DNA of 64,000 nt from Somniosus microcephalus (lineage: Eukaryota). Made by a program: the position numbers and the translations under genes. The notes below the pieces were generated by a model. The model searched no databases, was not told the origin of the DNA, and saw only the letters and a program-made list of their open reading frames with translations. The stretch covers positions 27,094,001 through 27,158,000 of the forward strand of contig CM126218.1 in the NCBI GenBank assembly GCA_052327205.1. The letters are read 5' to 3'. Below, piece by piece: positions 23,806 to 34,900 of this stretch (position 1 is its first letter; the number at the start of each line of letters is the position of its first letter).

Positions 23806-25570
23806 CTTTGGGAAACCTGTGGACAAGTGTCGTACTGTCATTTCTTGCCTTATTAAATATTTTAGCTATGATAAAAATTCAGCTCCATTATATTCCCTAT
23901 CATGTTGTTCACCTTTAATAAATGCATCCATAATTTACTTTCAGCTGAGTTTTTTAATCATCAGGTGGCTAAGCTTTAAGATCCTTCCATAATACTGAAA
24001 TATAAAAAAGAATAATTTGGTAGATTTTATTAAGGGTGAATTCATCCATCCCGCACTCTCAGCAGGGAATATTTTTTGACAGGAGTGCAGATTGAGCTAC
24101 AATACTTGGTGCCGTGTCTCTCAGCAAGTGAGGCTCCCTGTTGGGGATGTAGGATTAGTATATAAACCCTTTGAAATACACTTTCTTTAAATACTTTGTT
24201 GCTAATGGTATGTGATCCAATGTTTTGGCTTCAGAACGAAAAGAATTTCAATAACAAAATTTACTATTTTTATTCAGCTTGGTTTTTCTCTGTGATATTA
24301 TATATTATATTTTGATTACCTGACAGGTCTTTCACAAAAAAATGATTTAGCTTTGTCCCAACTTGGATTTTCTTGGAAATGTCTTATTTCTATTGTTGTC
24401 TTTTGTGAGTTCCGACATTCTTTTAATTCCTCGCACTAATGCCGTGTGGTACTTCTGTAAATCTTTACAGATGTATCCAGGCATCTTTTCTTTTTCATAA
24501 TGCTGTCAGACAGCGACTGCTTTCAGTCTTAAAAGATTTACTTGACATTAGAGGGAATAACAGTCTTAAAAATGAGGCACGGAAATGGGTCACATGTTAT
24601 AAGGGCATTTCAGTTCTCTTGCAACTGATAAATCCTCAGTGCCCAAGACTTTTCGTCAATATAGTCATCATTCATCATTTGACTTCCAGTCTTGGTCTGA
24701 CAACCTCAGGTTGACTGCAATTTGAAGGATCTCTGGACTAAATTCTTAACATTACAGCTCAGTCTGATGCCACTGTTTTAAAGGAGTCATTTTTTTTTCT
24801 GACGCCATCATGATTTTGCAAAGCTGATTTTTTGCATATCGTCTTTCGCAGTACAATACATAGTTTGCTACAATTATATTCGGATGTGTGTGTTGAATAG
24901 ATTGAAAGGCTGTTTCACTGTATTTTGGCACAATTATACGCATGTTTCAGAGGCAGCATGCTAGCTTGGTGGTACCACTGTTGGATTTACAATCGGAGCA
25001 ACATAGGTCTTGAGCTCAAACATTCTGATGCTTAAATCTACCTGCTTAGGTCATGACAAGGTTTATTCATTCTTCTTGGAGTCTACCAGACAATTATGGA
25101 GTCTGTGTAGGTTAAACAGCACAGCTGCTGGTGAGGTTGCCTATTCTGGTTGGATGAATTCCTGGAAGTTTTATCACATGACTCCCGCCTGGAACAACCC
25201 TTGCTCCACCCTACCGCCATTTTCCATTCTCCAGGCGCATTGCCTTCCCATGCAATTGGAAAGGGAACAGACTCTTTGATACCCAATTGGATTAATCTTG
25301 ACTGTCAGTGAAACTGTCTTTTTTACCCCCGTTTCCAATATTTTTATTAACAAATAAATGAAAGGGTTCAAAGAAAATGGGGAAAGAAAACATGATTTTT
25401 CTCCTGGGTGGCATGCAGCAGTGTCCAGGAGATTCACCTTTAAATCCCTGGAGACTCCACGACAATCTTGGAGGATTGTCAGCCCTATCTGCTAGCTTGG
25501 AGGAAACTGTATAGAGTGGCTAGGTGATCATGGAATTAAATAAGAAGGAAAGTTAAAAAAAAGAACTGCT

Positions 25571-25846
25571 TGATGTGCCTCAATAATCCCAAGACTCGAT
25601 GTTAGCGGAACAAAACAAGGCTTTTATTAACTTAGAAGATAACACGCAGTGGAGAGAGGTATCTTCCATCTGGAGCTCTGCAGTACTGGATATGAGGCCA
25701 GACTGAGCTGGCTTACAAAGAGGCCAGGTATGGGCGGAGCCCTACACACAACACATTCCATACATTCCAATATACAATACAATGGTGAGGAGAAACCTGA
25801 AACCAACCACAGTCACAGGCAGTGATGAATGGAATATTTCATCACA
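25571..25846 (-). repeat. 3' LTR (276 bp)
   Basis: Matches 29648-29968 except for 2 substitutions and a 45-bp indel. Confidence 0.95.
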
Positions 25847-25856
25847 TTCACCTCTT

Positions 25857-28800
25857 CTATAGATTTAGTCTGTTCGGGGGTTTGGTAGTCCTCTGCGACC
25901 GACGTGGCTGTTGTGGTGTCGCGGGTGTCGGCTGGGTGTCCCCGGTGGCCTCCTGGGTCTCTGCCGGGGGTGCCGCCAGGGTTGTTGAAGGGGTAGTTGG
26001 TGGGGGTGCCATTGGTCGATGTTCTTCCGGGGGTGATGAAAGAGTAGTGGGTGGGTAAGAGTTGCTGTGGTCGTTGTTGCTGCTATTGCCGTGGTTGTTG
26101 TTGTTACCGGCTGGGGCGACGTCTTTTATTGACACGGTGTCCTCCCTTCCGTCGGCGTGCCGGACATACGCGTATTGGGGGTTGGCGTGGAGTAGGTGCA
26201 CTGGCTCCACGAGAGGGTCCGTCTTATGGCCCCTCACATGCCTTCGCACGAATACCGGACCTGGGGTGGAGAGCCATGACGGCATGGATACGCCTGAGGT
26301 GGATTTCCGGGGAAAGCTAAACATTCGTTCATGAGGCGTGGCATTAGTGGCAGTACACAATAGCGACCGTATCGAATGGAGCACATCTGAGAGGACTTCC
26401 TGCCAGCGGGAGATAGGGAGGCCCTTGGTCCTTAGAGCTAGAGTGACTGCTTTCCATACTGTCCCGTTCTCTCGCTCCACTTGACCATTACCCCGGGGGT
26501 TGTAGCTGGTGGTACGGCTCGTGGCGATACCCCTGGACAGCATGTACTGGCATAGCTCTTCACTCATGAAGGACGCCCCCCTATCCGTGTGGATGTAGCT
26601 CGGCATACCGAACAGGCAGAACAGGCTGTTGAGGCATTTAATGACCGTGGCGCTGGTCATGTCTGGGCAGGGGAAGGCGAATGGGAACCGGGAGTATTCG
26701 TCCACAATGTTCAGGAAGTAAACATTGCGGTCGACGGACGGGAGGGGGCCCTTGAAATCTAAGCTGAGCCGCTCAAAGGGCTGTGTAGCTTTGATTAAGT
26801 GGGCTCGATCAGGGTGGTAGAACCGAGGCTTGCACTCAGCGCAAGTGCGGCAGTTCCTGGTCAGAGACCGAACTTCCTCAATCGAGTAGGGTAAGTTGCG
26901 GGACTTTATGAAGTGGAACAGCCGCGTGACCCCTGGGTGGCAGAGGTCGTTGTGGAGGGTCTGTAGCTGATCCCCGGTGGCGCTGGCACACATCCCTCGT
27001 GAGAGGGCGTCGGGGGATTTGTTAAGGGCCCCTGGCCGGTAAATGATGTCATAATCGAAGGTGGAGAGCTCGATCCGCCACCTAAGCATCTTATCATTTT
27101 TAATCTTCCCCCTCTGTTTATTATTGAACATAAACGCTACCGACCGCTGGTCGGTAAGTAGGGTGAAGCGTTTGCCGGCTAGGTAGTGGCGCCAGTGGCG
27201 CACTGCCTCCACGATGGCTTGGGCCTCCTTTTCCACGGAGGAGTGTCTGATCTCGGGCCCTTGGAGGGTCCTCGAGAAGAAAGCTACGGGCCGCCCCGCC
27301 TGGTTGAGGGTGGCCGCCAAGGCAAAGTCAGACGCATCACTTTCCACTTGAAAGGGAGTGTTCTCGTCCACTGCCTGTAGCGTGGCCCGCTCAATATCCC
27401 GCTTAATGCTTTTGAAGGCGGCATGTGCCTCAGCAGAGAGCGGAAAAGAGGATGCTTTCAAGAGGGGGCGGGCTTTGTCGGAGTAGTTGGGGACCCATTG
27501 GGAATAATAAGAAAATAACCCCAGGCACCTTTTCAGGGCTTTGGGAGTGTTGGGCAGGGGCAGCTCCCGTAGGGGGCGCAATCGGTCGGGGTCTGGTCCG
27601 ATTTCCCCATTCTGCACCACGCTGCCTAGTATGCAGAGGCGCGTGGTGTTGAAAACGCACTTGTCCTCGTTGTAGGCGAGGTTGAGTTTTTGTGCGGTTT
27701 TCAGGAACCTCTCGAGGTTCGAGTCGTGATCCTGCTGGTTGTGACCGCAGATGGTGACGTTGTCGAGGTAGGGGAAGGTTGCCTGCAAGTGGTGGTCATT
27801 GACCATGCGGTCCATCTCCCTCTGGAAGACCGAGACCCCATTCGTCACCCCAAAGGGGACTCTGAGGAATTGGTAGAGGCGTCCGTTCGCCTCGAAGGCG
27901 GTGTACGGGCGGTCCTCTGGTCTGATAGGGAGCTGGTGGTACGCTGACTTAAGGTCGATGGTGGAGAACACCCGGTATTGGGCGATTTGGTTCACCATTT
28001 CTGATATGCGGGGTAGCGGGTAGGCGTCTAGTTGGGTGTACCTGTTGATCGTTTGGCTATAGTCGATCACCATCCGTTTCTTCTCGCTACCCCTTACCAC
28101 CACCACTTGGGCGCGCCACGGGCTATTGCTGCATTCAATAATGCGCTCTTTCAGGAGCCTGTCTACCTCGGTCGCGATAAACCGCCTGTCCTCCCAGCTG
28201 TACCTCCTGCTTTTGGTCGCTATTGGCCGGCAGTTAGGGGTAAGGTTCGCGAATAGCGAAGGTGGCTTTACCTTCAGGGTAGCCAGGCCGCACACTGTGA
28301 GGGGCGGCTGGGACCCACCGTACTTGAGCGTGATGCTTTGGTGGTTGCACTGGAAATCCAGGCCCAAGATCACGCTCGCGCATAGATTCTTCATGATTAA
28401 TACTTTAAAATTATCGTATACAGTCCCGTTAACGGACAATTGTACCGTGCAGTAACCCAGAATGGTCGATGTCTGGGTTTTATCAGCCATAGAGATGGTA
28501 CCCCGAGTAGGGACCACCTTTAGGGAGAGTTGTTGTGCCAGTTCAGGGTGGATAAAACTCTCCGTGCTTCCGCTGTCAATTAAACATTTAACCCGGCACC
28601 CGTTTACCTCGATGTCCACCATTGATTTGGATAGCGGGTGGGGCCTGGTCTGGTCCACTGTGACCGATGCCACTGTAGGGCCCTGATCGAGACAAGATGG
28701 CGTCCACGCTGTCTGCTCACAAGATGGCGTACCCCACGAGGTCGGGCAAGATGGCGTCCAAGATGGCCGCTCCCACGGCGCACACGCGGCGGTGGCGGGT

Positions 28801-29621
28801 TTTGGTTTTCCGGCGGGGTTCCCTCTGCACACCTTCCCGAAGTGCCCCTTCTTACCGCACTTAAAGCAGGTGGTGCCTTTCGCCGGGCACAGGTTTCTGG
28901 TGTGCTTTGGCTGCCCGCAGAAGTGGCAGTTGGGTCTCCGACGCGTCGCGGCTGTCGTAGGGCTTCTGGGGGGAGAGCGGGGCCCCGACGGTGTCGGGCT
29001 GCCGGGCGGGGAAGATGCCTTCCAAGATGGCGGCGCCCTTGGTGCACACGTGGCGGCGTGGACAGCGCGGGCTGAAGAGTAGGCGTCCGAGTTTCTCTGG
29101 GCCACATCCAGGGATCGCGCGGTGTCCACAGCCTGTTTCAGGTCCAATCCCATTTTTTCCAGCAGTCTTTGCCGGATGTAAGTGGAGCTGAGGCCTGTGA
29201 TAAAGGCATCGCGAACAAGCTCGTCGGTGTACACAGCGGCTTTTACATCTCGGCACTTGCAGTCTTTGCCAAGCATTTTCAGGGTGCCTAGGAACTCCTC
29301 CACCGATTCCCCAGGTCGCTGTGCGCGAGTGGCGAGCAGATGCCTAGCATACACCTCATTCGTAGGCTGCTGGTAATGCGCCTTTAAGATGTCGCAGGCG
29401 GCCAGGTACGTGTCGGCGTCTTGGATGAGGGGGTAAACCCGGTGGCTTACCCAATTCTGCAGAATTCCGAGTTTCATACTCGCAGCGTCCGTAGCGTCTT
29501 TGACGGCTGCGGAATTGTCCAGGAAGAATTCCATACACATAAACCAGTGTCCGAAGCGTGCTGATGCATCCGGAGCATGCTGATCCAAATCCAAACGTTC
29601 GGGTTTCAGGAGTTGATCCAT
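25857..29621 (-). CDS. Gag-Pol polyprotein, 1254 aa (Gag with two CCHC knuckles, protease, RT, RNase H, integrase)
   Basis: First ATG after the LTR at 29621 (MDQLLKPERLD). CHFCGQPKHTRNLC and CFKCGKKGHFGKVC; LIDSGS; IDLKSAYHQ, PFGVTN, YLDN; ESDAS, EKEA, TDQ, DALSR; H..H..CRTC, SLDFKG, HTDRG, QVER. Confidence 0.96.
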   Translation of the reverse strand: MDQLLKPERLDLDQHAPDASARFGHWFMCMEFFLDNSAAVKDATDAASMKLGILQNWVSHRVYPLIQDADTYLAACDILKAHYQQPTNEVYARHLLATRAQRPGESVEEFLGTLKMLGKDCKCRDVKAAVYTDELVRDAFITGLSSTYIRQRLLEKMGLDLKQAVDTARSLDVAQRNSDAYSSARAVHAATCAPRAPPSWKASSPPGSPTPSGPRSPPRSPTTAATRRRPNCHFCGQPKHTRNLCPAKGTTCFKCGKKGHFGKVCRGNPAGKPKPATAACAPWERPSWTPSCPTSWGTPSCEQTAWTPSCLDQGPTVASVTVDQTRPHPLSKSMVDIEVNGCRVKCLIDSGSTESFIHPELAQQLSLKVVPTRGTISMADKTQTSTILGYCTVQLSVNGTVYDNFKVLIMKNLCASVILGLDFQCNHQSITLKYGGSQPPLTVCGLATLKVKPPSLFANLTPNCRPIATKSRRYSWEDRRFIATEVDRLLKERIIECSNSPWRAQVVVVRGSEKKRMVIDYSQTINRYTQLDAYPLPRISEMVNQIAQYRVFSTIDLKSAYHQLPIRPEDRPYTAFEANGRLYQFLRVPFGVTNGVSVFQREMDRMVNDHHLQATFPYLDNVTICGHNQQDHDSNLERFLKTAQKLNLAYNEDKCVFNTTRLCILGSVVQNGEIGPDPDRLRPLRELPLPNTPKALKRCLGLFSYYSQWVPNYSDKARPLLKASSFPLSAEAHAAFKSIKRDIERATLQAVDENTPFQVESDASDFALAATLNQAGRPVAFFSRTLQGPEIRHSSVEKEAQAIVEAVRHWRHYLAGKRFTLLTDQRSVAFMFNNKQRGKIKNDKMLRWRIELSTFDYDIIYRPGALNKSPDALSRGMCASATGDQLQTLHNDLCHPGVTRLFHFIKSRNLPYSIEEVRSLTRNCRTCAECKPRFYHPDRAHLIKATQPFERLSLDFKGPLPSVDRNVYFLNIVDEYSRFPFAFPCPDMTSATVIKCLNSLFCLFGMPSYIHTDRGASFMSEELCQYMLSRGIATSRTTSYNPRGNGQVERENGTVWKAVTLALRTKGLPISRWQEVLSDVLHSIRSLLCTATNATPHERMFSFPRKSTSGVSMPSWLSTPGPVFVRRHVRGHKTDPLVEPVHLLHANPQYAYVRHADGREDTVSIKDVAPAGNNNNHGNSSNNDHSNSYPPTTLSSPPEEHRPMAPPPTTPSTTLAAPPAETQEATGDTQPTPATPQQPRRSQRTTKPPNRLNL

Positions 29622-29647
29622 TGTGTTGAAAAATAAGTTAATAAAAT

Positions 29648-29968
29648 TGATGTGCCTCAATAATCCCGAGACTCGATGTTAGCGGAACAAAACAAGGCTT
29701 TTATTAACTTAGAAGATAACACGCAGTGGAGAGAGGTATCTTCCATCTGGAGCTCTGCAGTACTGGATATGAGGCCAGACTGAGCTGGCTTACATAGAGG
29801 CCAGGTATGGGCGGAGCCCTACACACAACACATTCCATACATTCCAATATACAATACAATGGTGAGGAGAAACCTGAAACCAACCACAGTCACAGGCAAT
29901 ACAATGGTGAGGGGAAACCTGAAACCAACCACAGTCACAGGCAGTGATGAATGGAATATTTCATCACA
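29648..29968 (-). repeat. 5' LTR (321 bp) with a 45-bp internal tandem duplication
   Basis: AATACAATGGTGAGG(A/G)GAAACCTGAAACCAACCACAGTCACAGGC occurs twice here and once in the other LTR. Confidence 0.95.
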
Positions 29969-31079
29969 CTGCTGATGATAGAAGTTGCGTGCGTTGATTT
30001 TCCAAATTTGTATTGTTGGTTTGGAGTCTGCATGAACTCCAAAAATTAGCCTGACTGTTTCTTAATGTTAAGGCGCCCTGCTGCTTATGCACCAATGGCC
30101 AGTAATTGACTGAGTGCACTACAGCCCTTGATTATTCCTGCCTTAGGAGCCCATAACATTCTCTGCTGGGGTAAGTAGTGGATGCGCACTATAGTAATTG
30201 GGCACTACATCAATTAAAGTGCTCAAAGGGGGATTACTGCGTTTTGAGGAACTAACCCTCCCTCCCTCTAATTTCCAGAGCCTCATTCGGCATATGTGTT
30301 GCCTCATTATCTCCAGTTTCAAATATGCACGGCCTGCAGACTGCTTGGTAGATAGTTAGCTACAGTGAAAGGTTGGGGACTGTTTTTCACTTAAAAAAAC
30401 AATTGAGAATGGGAATTGGGTCTTGTTACACATTCAGCCCTGCGTAGACGCCTTCTTGGGTTCTGTAGCTTCAGTCACTCCCATAAGCTGCCTGAGCATC
30501 TTTTTTCATGGAGGTTGATTCACACTGTCCTATAGCTACTTGCGCAATAGAGTAAACCAGGGATGTAACAATAGTACACCGTTGAAATCCAAGAGTGGAA
30601 TGCACCAGCCTAATTTAGAAATGGCCCCTGCTGAGTTCAAATGAATAGAGTTGTCACAGCATCATTGAGTGTGAGTAATCACTAGAATGTTAACATAATC
30701 TTTCCTTTTCACCAGCATACTGGTTCAGACACCCCATCTAAATACTAATCTATATCTCCCAACCCTGGCGTTTTGTCAATTTAACCCTTTAAAATGAGCT
30801 CAATGGTGGCATTTTTAACATTTATTATACCAAGGCCCCCCATGGTGGCTTAGTCAGACATCCTGAAATGCCCTTGTGGAAGAGGATGAACAAGGACCAA
30901 AAAGGACAGACTGTAGTGTCAGGTGTCAAGCAAGACACACTGTGGCCTCATCCCAGTAGCGAGTGCAGAGGGCATACTGTCCCAGCCAGACCTACCTGAG
31001 AATATCAGAGGAGCAGAGTTGTCGGACTGTTAGGTTAAGCCAAGAAATGGCGACTGAATTCAATCCGAACATCTGGAAA

Positions 31080-31278
31080 TTTGGAACTCTTTCCCCCAAA
31101 ATGCTAGGTCCACTGAAATTTCAAAACTGAGATTGATAGATTTTTGTTAAGTAAGGGTATTACGGGATATGGAAACAAACTGGTTAAATGAGTTTAAGAT
31201 ATAGATCAGCCATGATCTAATTGAATGGCAGAAAAGGCTTGAGGGGCTGAATGGCCTACTCCCGTTCCTATGTTCCTA
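31080..31278 (+). mobile_element. CR1 3'-end fragment
   Basis: TGGAACTCT...GAGATTGATAGATTTTTG...GATCAGCCATGATCT...GAATGGCCTACTCC..CCTATGTTCCT, like 47100-47315. Confidence 0.8.
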
Positions 31279-31554
31279 GGACCTGCAGGCCACATCTACC
31301 ATCTGTGTGACTCTACCAGTGGCTGGGAATGTCACCACTGCCTCTAATATGTATCCATTGTGGTTCTTCCAGGCAGGCATGGGAGGGACATCTGCCACAT
31401 CTGCGAGTTTTTTATGCACAAATGTACTAAGGATGCGACGGATGTCTTATTTTACATTCCCCATGATTTAAGTAACTTTCCTACTGATTAACAGAACCAG
31501 CAGACCAGAGCATCACAATTCTACAGGTCCACTGGCTTCACTAGAGTATGGGGT

Positions 31555-33086
31555 GTCATTGATTGCTTGCAATCCTCCTCAATCGTCTTCTCCCAGTGGC
31601 CAAAGAGCTCCTCCCAGAGCCGCAATGCGGATTCCGCCCACTAAGGGGCACAATGGACATGGTCTTCACCGCTCGCCAATTACAAGAGAAATGCAGAGAA
31701 CAGCACCAACCGCTGCACATGGCCTTCTTTGATCTCACAAAGGCCTTCGACATTGTCAACTGTGAGGGATTATGGAGTGTCCTCCTCAAATTTGGCTGCC
31801 CTCAAAAGTTTGTCACCATCCTCTGCCTGCTTCACGATGACATGCAAGCCGTGACCCTGACCAACAGTTCCAACACAGGCCCAATTCATGTATGAACTGG
31901 GATCAAGCAAGGCTGTGTCATCGCACCAACGCTCTTCTTGATCTACCTTGCTGCAATGCTCCATCTCACCCTTAGTAAGCTCCCCGCTGGAGTGGAGCTA
32001 TTTTACAGAACAAACGGGAAACTGTTCAACCTCCGTCACCTCCAGTCCAGATCCAAGGTCGTCCCATCCTCTGTTGTTGAATTACAGTATACAGACGACG
32101 CTTGCGTCTGCGCTCACTCGGAGGTCGAACTCCAAACCATCATCAACACCTTCACCGAAGTGTACGAGAGCATGGGCCTTACACTAAACATCCGTAAGAC
32201 AAAGGTCCTCTACCAACCTGCCCCCGCCACACAGTACTGCCCCCCGATTATCAAAATCCACGACAAGGCCTTGGACAACGTGGACCACTTTCAATACCTC
32301 GGGAGCCTACTGTCAACAAGGGCAGACGTCGACGACGAAGTCCAACACCGCCTTCAGTGTGCCAGTGCAGCCTTCGCCTGCCTGAGGAAGAGAGTGTTTG
32401 AAGACCAGGACCTCAAACCCAGCACTAAGCTCATGGTCTACAGAGCAGCAGTGATACTCGCACTGCCTCAGAGACATGGACCATGTACAGCAGGCAACTC
32501 AAAGCACTGGAGAGGTACCACCAACGCTGCCTCCGCAAAATCCTGCAAATCCATTGGCAGGATAGGCGCACCAACGTCAGTGTTCTTGATCAGGCCAACA
32601 TCCCCAGCATCAAAGCTTTGGCAACGCTCGATCAGCTCCGATGGACGGGTCACATTGTCCGCCTGCCCGATACGAGACTCCCAAAACAAGCGCTCTACTC
32701 GGAGCTCCGGCACGGCAAGAGAGCCCCAGGTGGGCAGAGGAAATGCTTCAAGGACACCCTCAAAGCCTCCTTGAAAAAGTGTAACATCCTCACCGATACC
32801 TGGGAATCCCTGGCCCAAGACAGCACAAAGTGGAGAAGAAGCATCCGGGAAGGCGCCGAACACCTCAAGTCTCTTCACCGGGAGCAAGCGGAAGCCAAGC
32901 GCAGGCAGCGCAAGGAGTGCACGTCAACCCAAGCACCCCACCCACCCACCCCTTCAACCACCGTCTGCCCCACCTGTGACAGAGACTGTAGGTCCCGCTT
33001 TGGACTCATCAGTCACCTGAGAACTCATTTTTAATGTGGAAGCAAGTCATCCTCGGTTCCGAGGGACTGCCTAAGAGAGAGAAGAG
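31555..33086 (+). mobile_element. 5'-truncated RTE-clade LINE (disrupted RT plus C-terminal C2H2 finger)
   Basis: LPEPQCGFRP.RGT.DM.F..RQLQEKCRE, FFDLTKAFD, G.KQGCV.AP.LF, YTDD, CLRKIL.I.WQDR.TN, LRW.GH..R....RLPKQ.LY.EL, CPTC..C..H...H; in-frame stop and frameshift; GA-rich tail. Confidence 0.92.
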
Positions 33087-33473
33087 CATGTGGCCATTTG
33101 TACCAGTGTGCACATTGAATGGCCAAGCCATGGCTTGGTAGGAGAACAAGTGATGGCAATGAGCCAGCTGCGGATCTCCTAATGCTGTAAGGAACGCCTA
33201 TACATCAAATGTACATGTACAGAGAGAAAAGCCTTAAAATAGAGACGAAAGTATTCCAGTCATGACCAACTCACCCTCATCACTGCCCCCCCCCACCTCA
33301 ACCCCAAGGTGGCACTAGTGAGAACTGTGGCCATGTTTTATTCTTCCCAGTACAGCGTGCATGCATTCCTTCATATGAATGACACAGATTAGATATTTAT
33401 ATGCACCGGACTAAAAGCACATAGAGTTACCTCATGTTCAAATTACTTTGCTTATCCTGGGTTGCCTGAGTAT

Positions 33474-34209
33474 TGTAAGAACACACTATTTGCTATAAAT
33501 TTTGCTGTAACTTGATGAAAACTTAAAAGTTGACCACATTTTATGTACCATCATGCTTCATGAGGCCAAGAGACTGGTTGCTGAGATGTTACGGTTGTAA
33601 GCTGTGACAGCTGCCAATTGTCTTTCAACAGATAAGGAAAACAGACTTTGAAAGTTCTGTGGGAACGAGCTATTGAGCTGTTGAATCAGTGCAAAAACAG
33701 AAACAGCTTCAAACTATGGAATGTAACCGGTCTTGAAGGCCCACGGATGCTTAACGAACTATTGATAAGAAGAACTGAAAAACAACTGATGACCATTGTC
33801 TGTATCGTGAGAGACACGTACACAGTGGGAGGGTTGCTATGTTTTAAGGTATAAAAGATGCTGGTAGAAGACACTCGGGGCTGCAGTCGGGGGCAACTTG
33901 GTCTGTTGCCAGTTAAAGGCGTACGTCTAGTCATCGCTGAATTGACCACTCGCTGGTGTTAGTATGTATGCAGTGTTGGCTTATTACCACTTGATCTTAA
34001 AGTAAGGGAATAAATCTGTGAGTGCTTAGATATAATCGGGAGTATTATATGCAACAGTTTTGTGTGAACTTACTTGTAACCTCTTGCCGATTTTAAGTAA
34101 AGGAATTTATTCCTGAATCCTTTGGGTTTTGTGTTGTCTGTTTTATGGGTCTGAACTTTGGAAACTGTTTGACGGGTTGGAGGACAAGGGTGAATCTAAA
34201 TATCTTACA
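33474..34209 (+). repeat. 5' LTR (736 bp) of the env-bearing element
   Basis: TGTAAGA...TCTTACA; TATAAAA at ~33850 and AATAAA at ~34008; last ~22 nt GGGTGAATCTAAAT(A/G)TCTTACA repeated at 42770-42791. Confidence 0.8.
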
Positions 34210-34214
34210 GATTT

Positions 34215-34232
34215 TGACACCCGAACAGGGAC
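34215..34232 (+). promoter_or_regulatory. Primer-binding site for tRNA-Lys(UUU)
   Basis: TGACACCCGAACAGGGAC versus the canonical TGGCGCCCGAACAGGGAC (16/18), 5 nt after the LTR end. Confidence 0.85.
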
Positions 34233-34248
34233 CTGTTCAGAGCAGACA

Positions 34249-34900
34249 ATGTCAAAGACAGTGGATGAGCTAGTCACTAAGTATATGACAGGGAAGTTGC
34301 CTCTTCGAGAGAGGTGGATCCGGGTCATTATAGACAGTGATGATCCAGTATTGGAGGCTGAACAGTGGATACAAGGGTCCATGTATCAGCCAAGGGTAAA
34401 GAAATCCGTCTGATTATTGGCCTATCAGAGGCAGGTTAAATCTGATGAAAGGGTAAAGATCAAGTTAAGGAAAGAAACAGAGGAAGAAAGGGAAAGTAGG
34501 AAAAGGCTCGAGGAAAAGTTGAAACAGGAGGCGAGGTGGTGTAATAAAGAACAATACCTCGAGAGCCAATGTATAAATAATTAGAATCAGTACGATGCCT
34601 TGTCAAAAGAACTATCCAAACAGAGACATCGGGCAGAGCAGGCAGAAAAGGTCAATGAGGACTGGAAGGTTGCATTTAGGGCCACCCAGAAACAGGCTCT
34701 AGAGGAACGGAGTGCTCGTGGGGACCACATTAAATGTAATAAGCGGTTTAAGAAACTGGAGGTGAAGCATAAAGAGCAGGAGAGAGAGTAGGAGATAAAG
34801 AGGGAAAAAGATCTAAGCTGCAGGCTAACCAATTTGAAAACTCAGCAAAGGAAGGAAAAAAACAGGGATTTGGGGAGCCAGGAAAAGCTGCTGAGATGGC
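34249..34900 (+). pseudogene. gag N-terminal remnant with long coiled coil
   Basis: ATG 16 nt after the PBS; MSKTVDELVTKYMTGKLPLRERW...*LLAYQ..., then an E/K/R-rich heptad region; stops present. Confidence 0.6.

Larger units (their letters stand above)
25571..29968 (-). mobile_element. Full-length Ty3/Gypsy LTR retrotransposon (4398 bp)
   Basis: TG..CA LTRs at 29648-29968 (5') and 25571-25846 (3'); 5-bp TSD CTGCT (25566-70 and 29969-73); purine tract AGAAGAGGTGAA at 25858-25847; single intact gag-pol ORF. Confidence 0.97.

Noticed and set aside
24720-24943. Faint BEL/Pao-like motif (KIMMASEKKMTPLKQ..TEL) on the minus strand
   Set aside because: Too short and degenerate, with no other Pao motifs or LTRs nearby
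29622-29660. ORF-track start of the 1267-aa polyprotein at 29660
   Set aside because: That start lies inside the 5' LTR; the first ATG after the LTR is at 29621
33587-33600. Alternative 5' LTR start at TGTTACG
   Set aside because: No matching TSD; 33474 gives a perfect 7-bp terminal inverted match and the GTAT TSD
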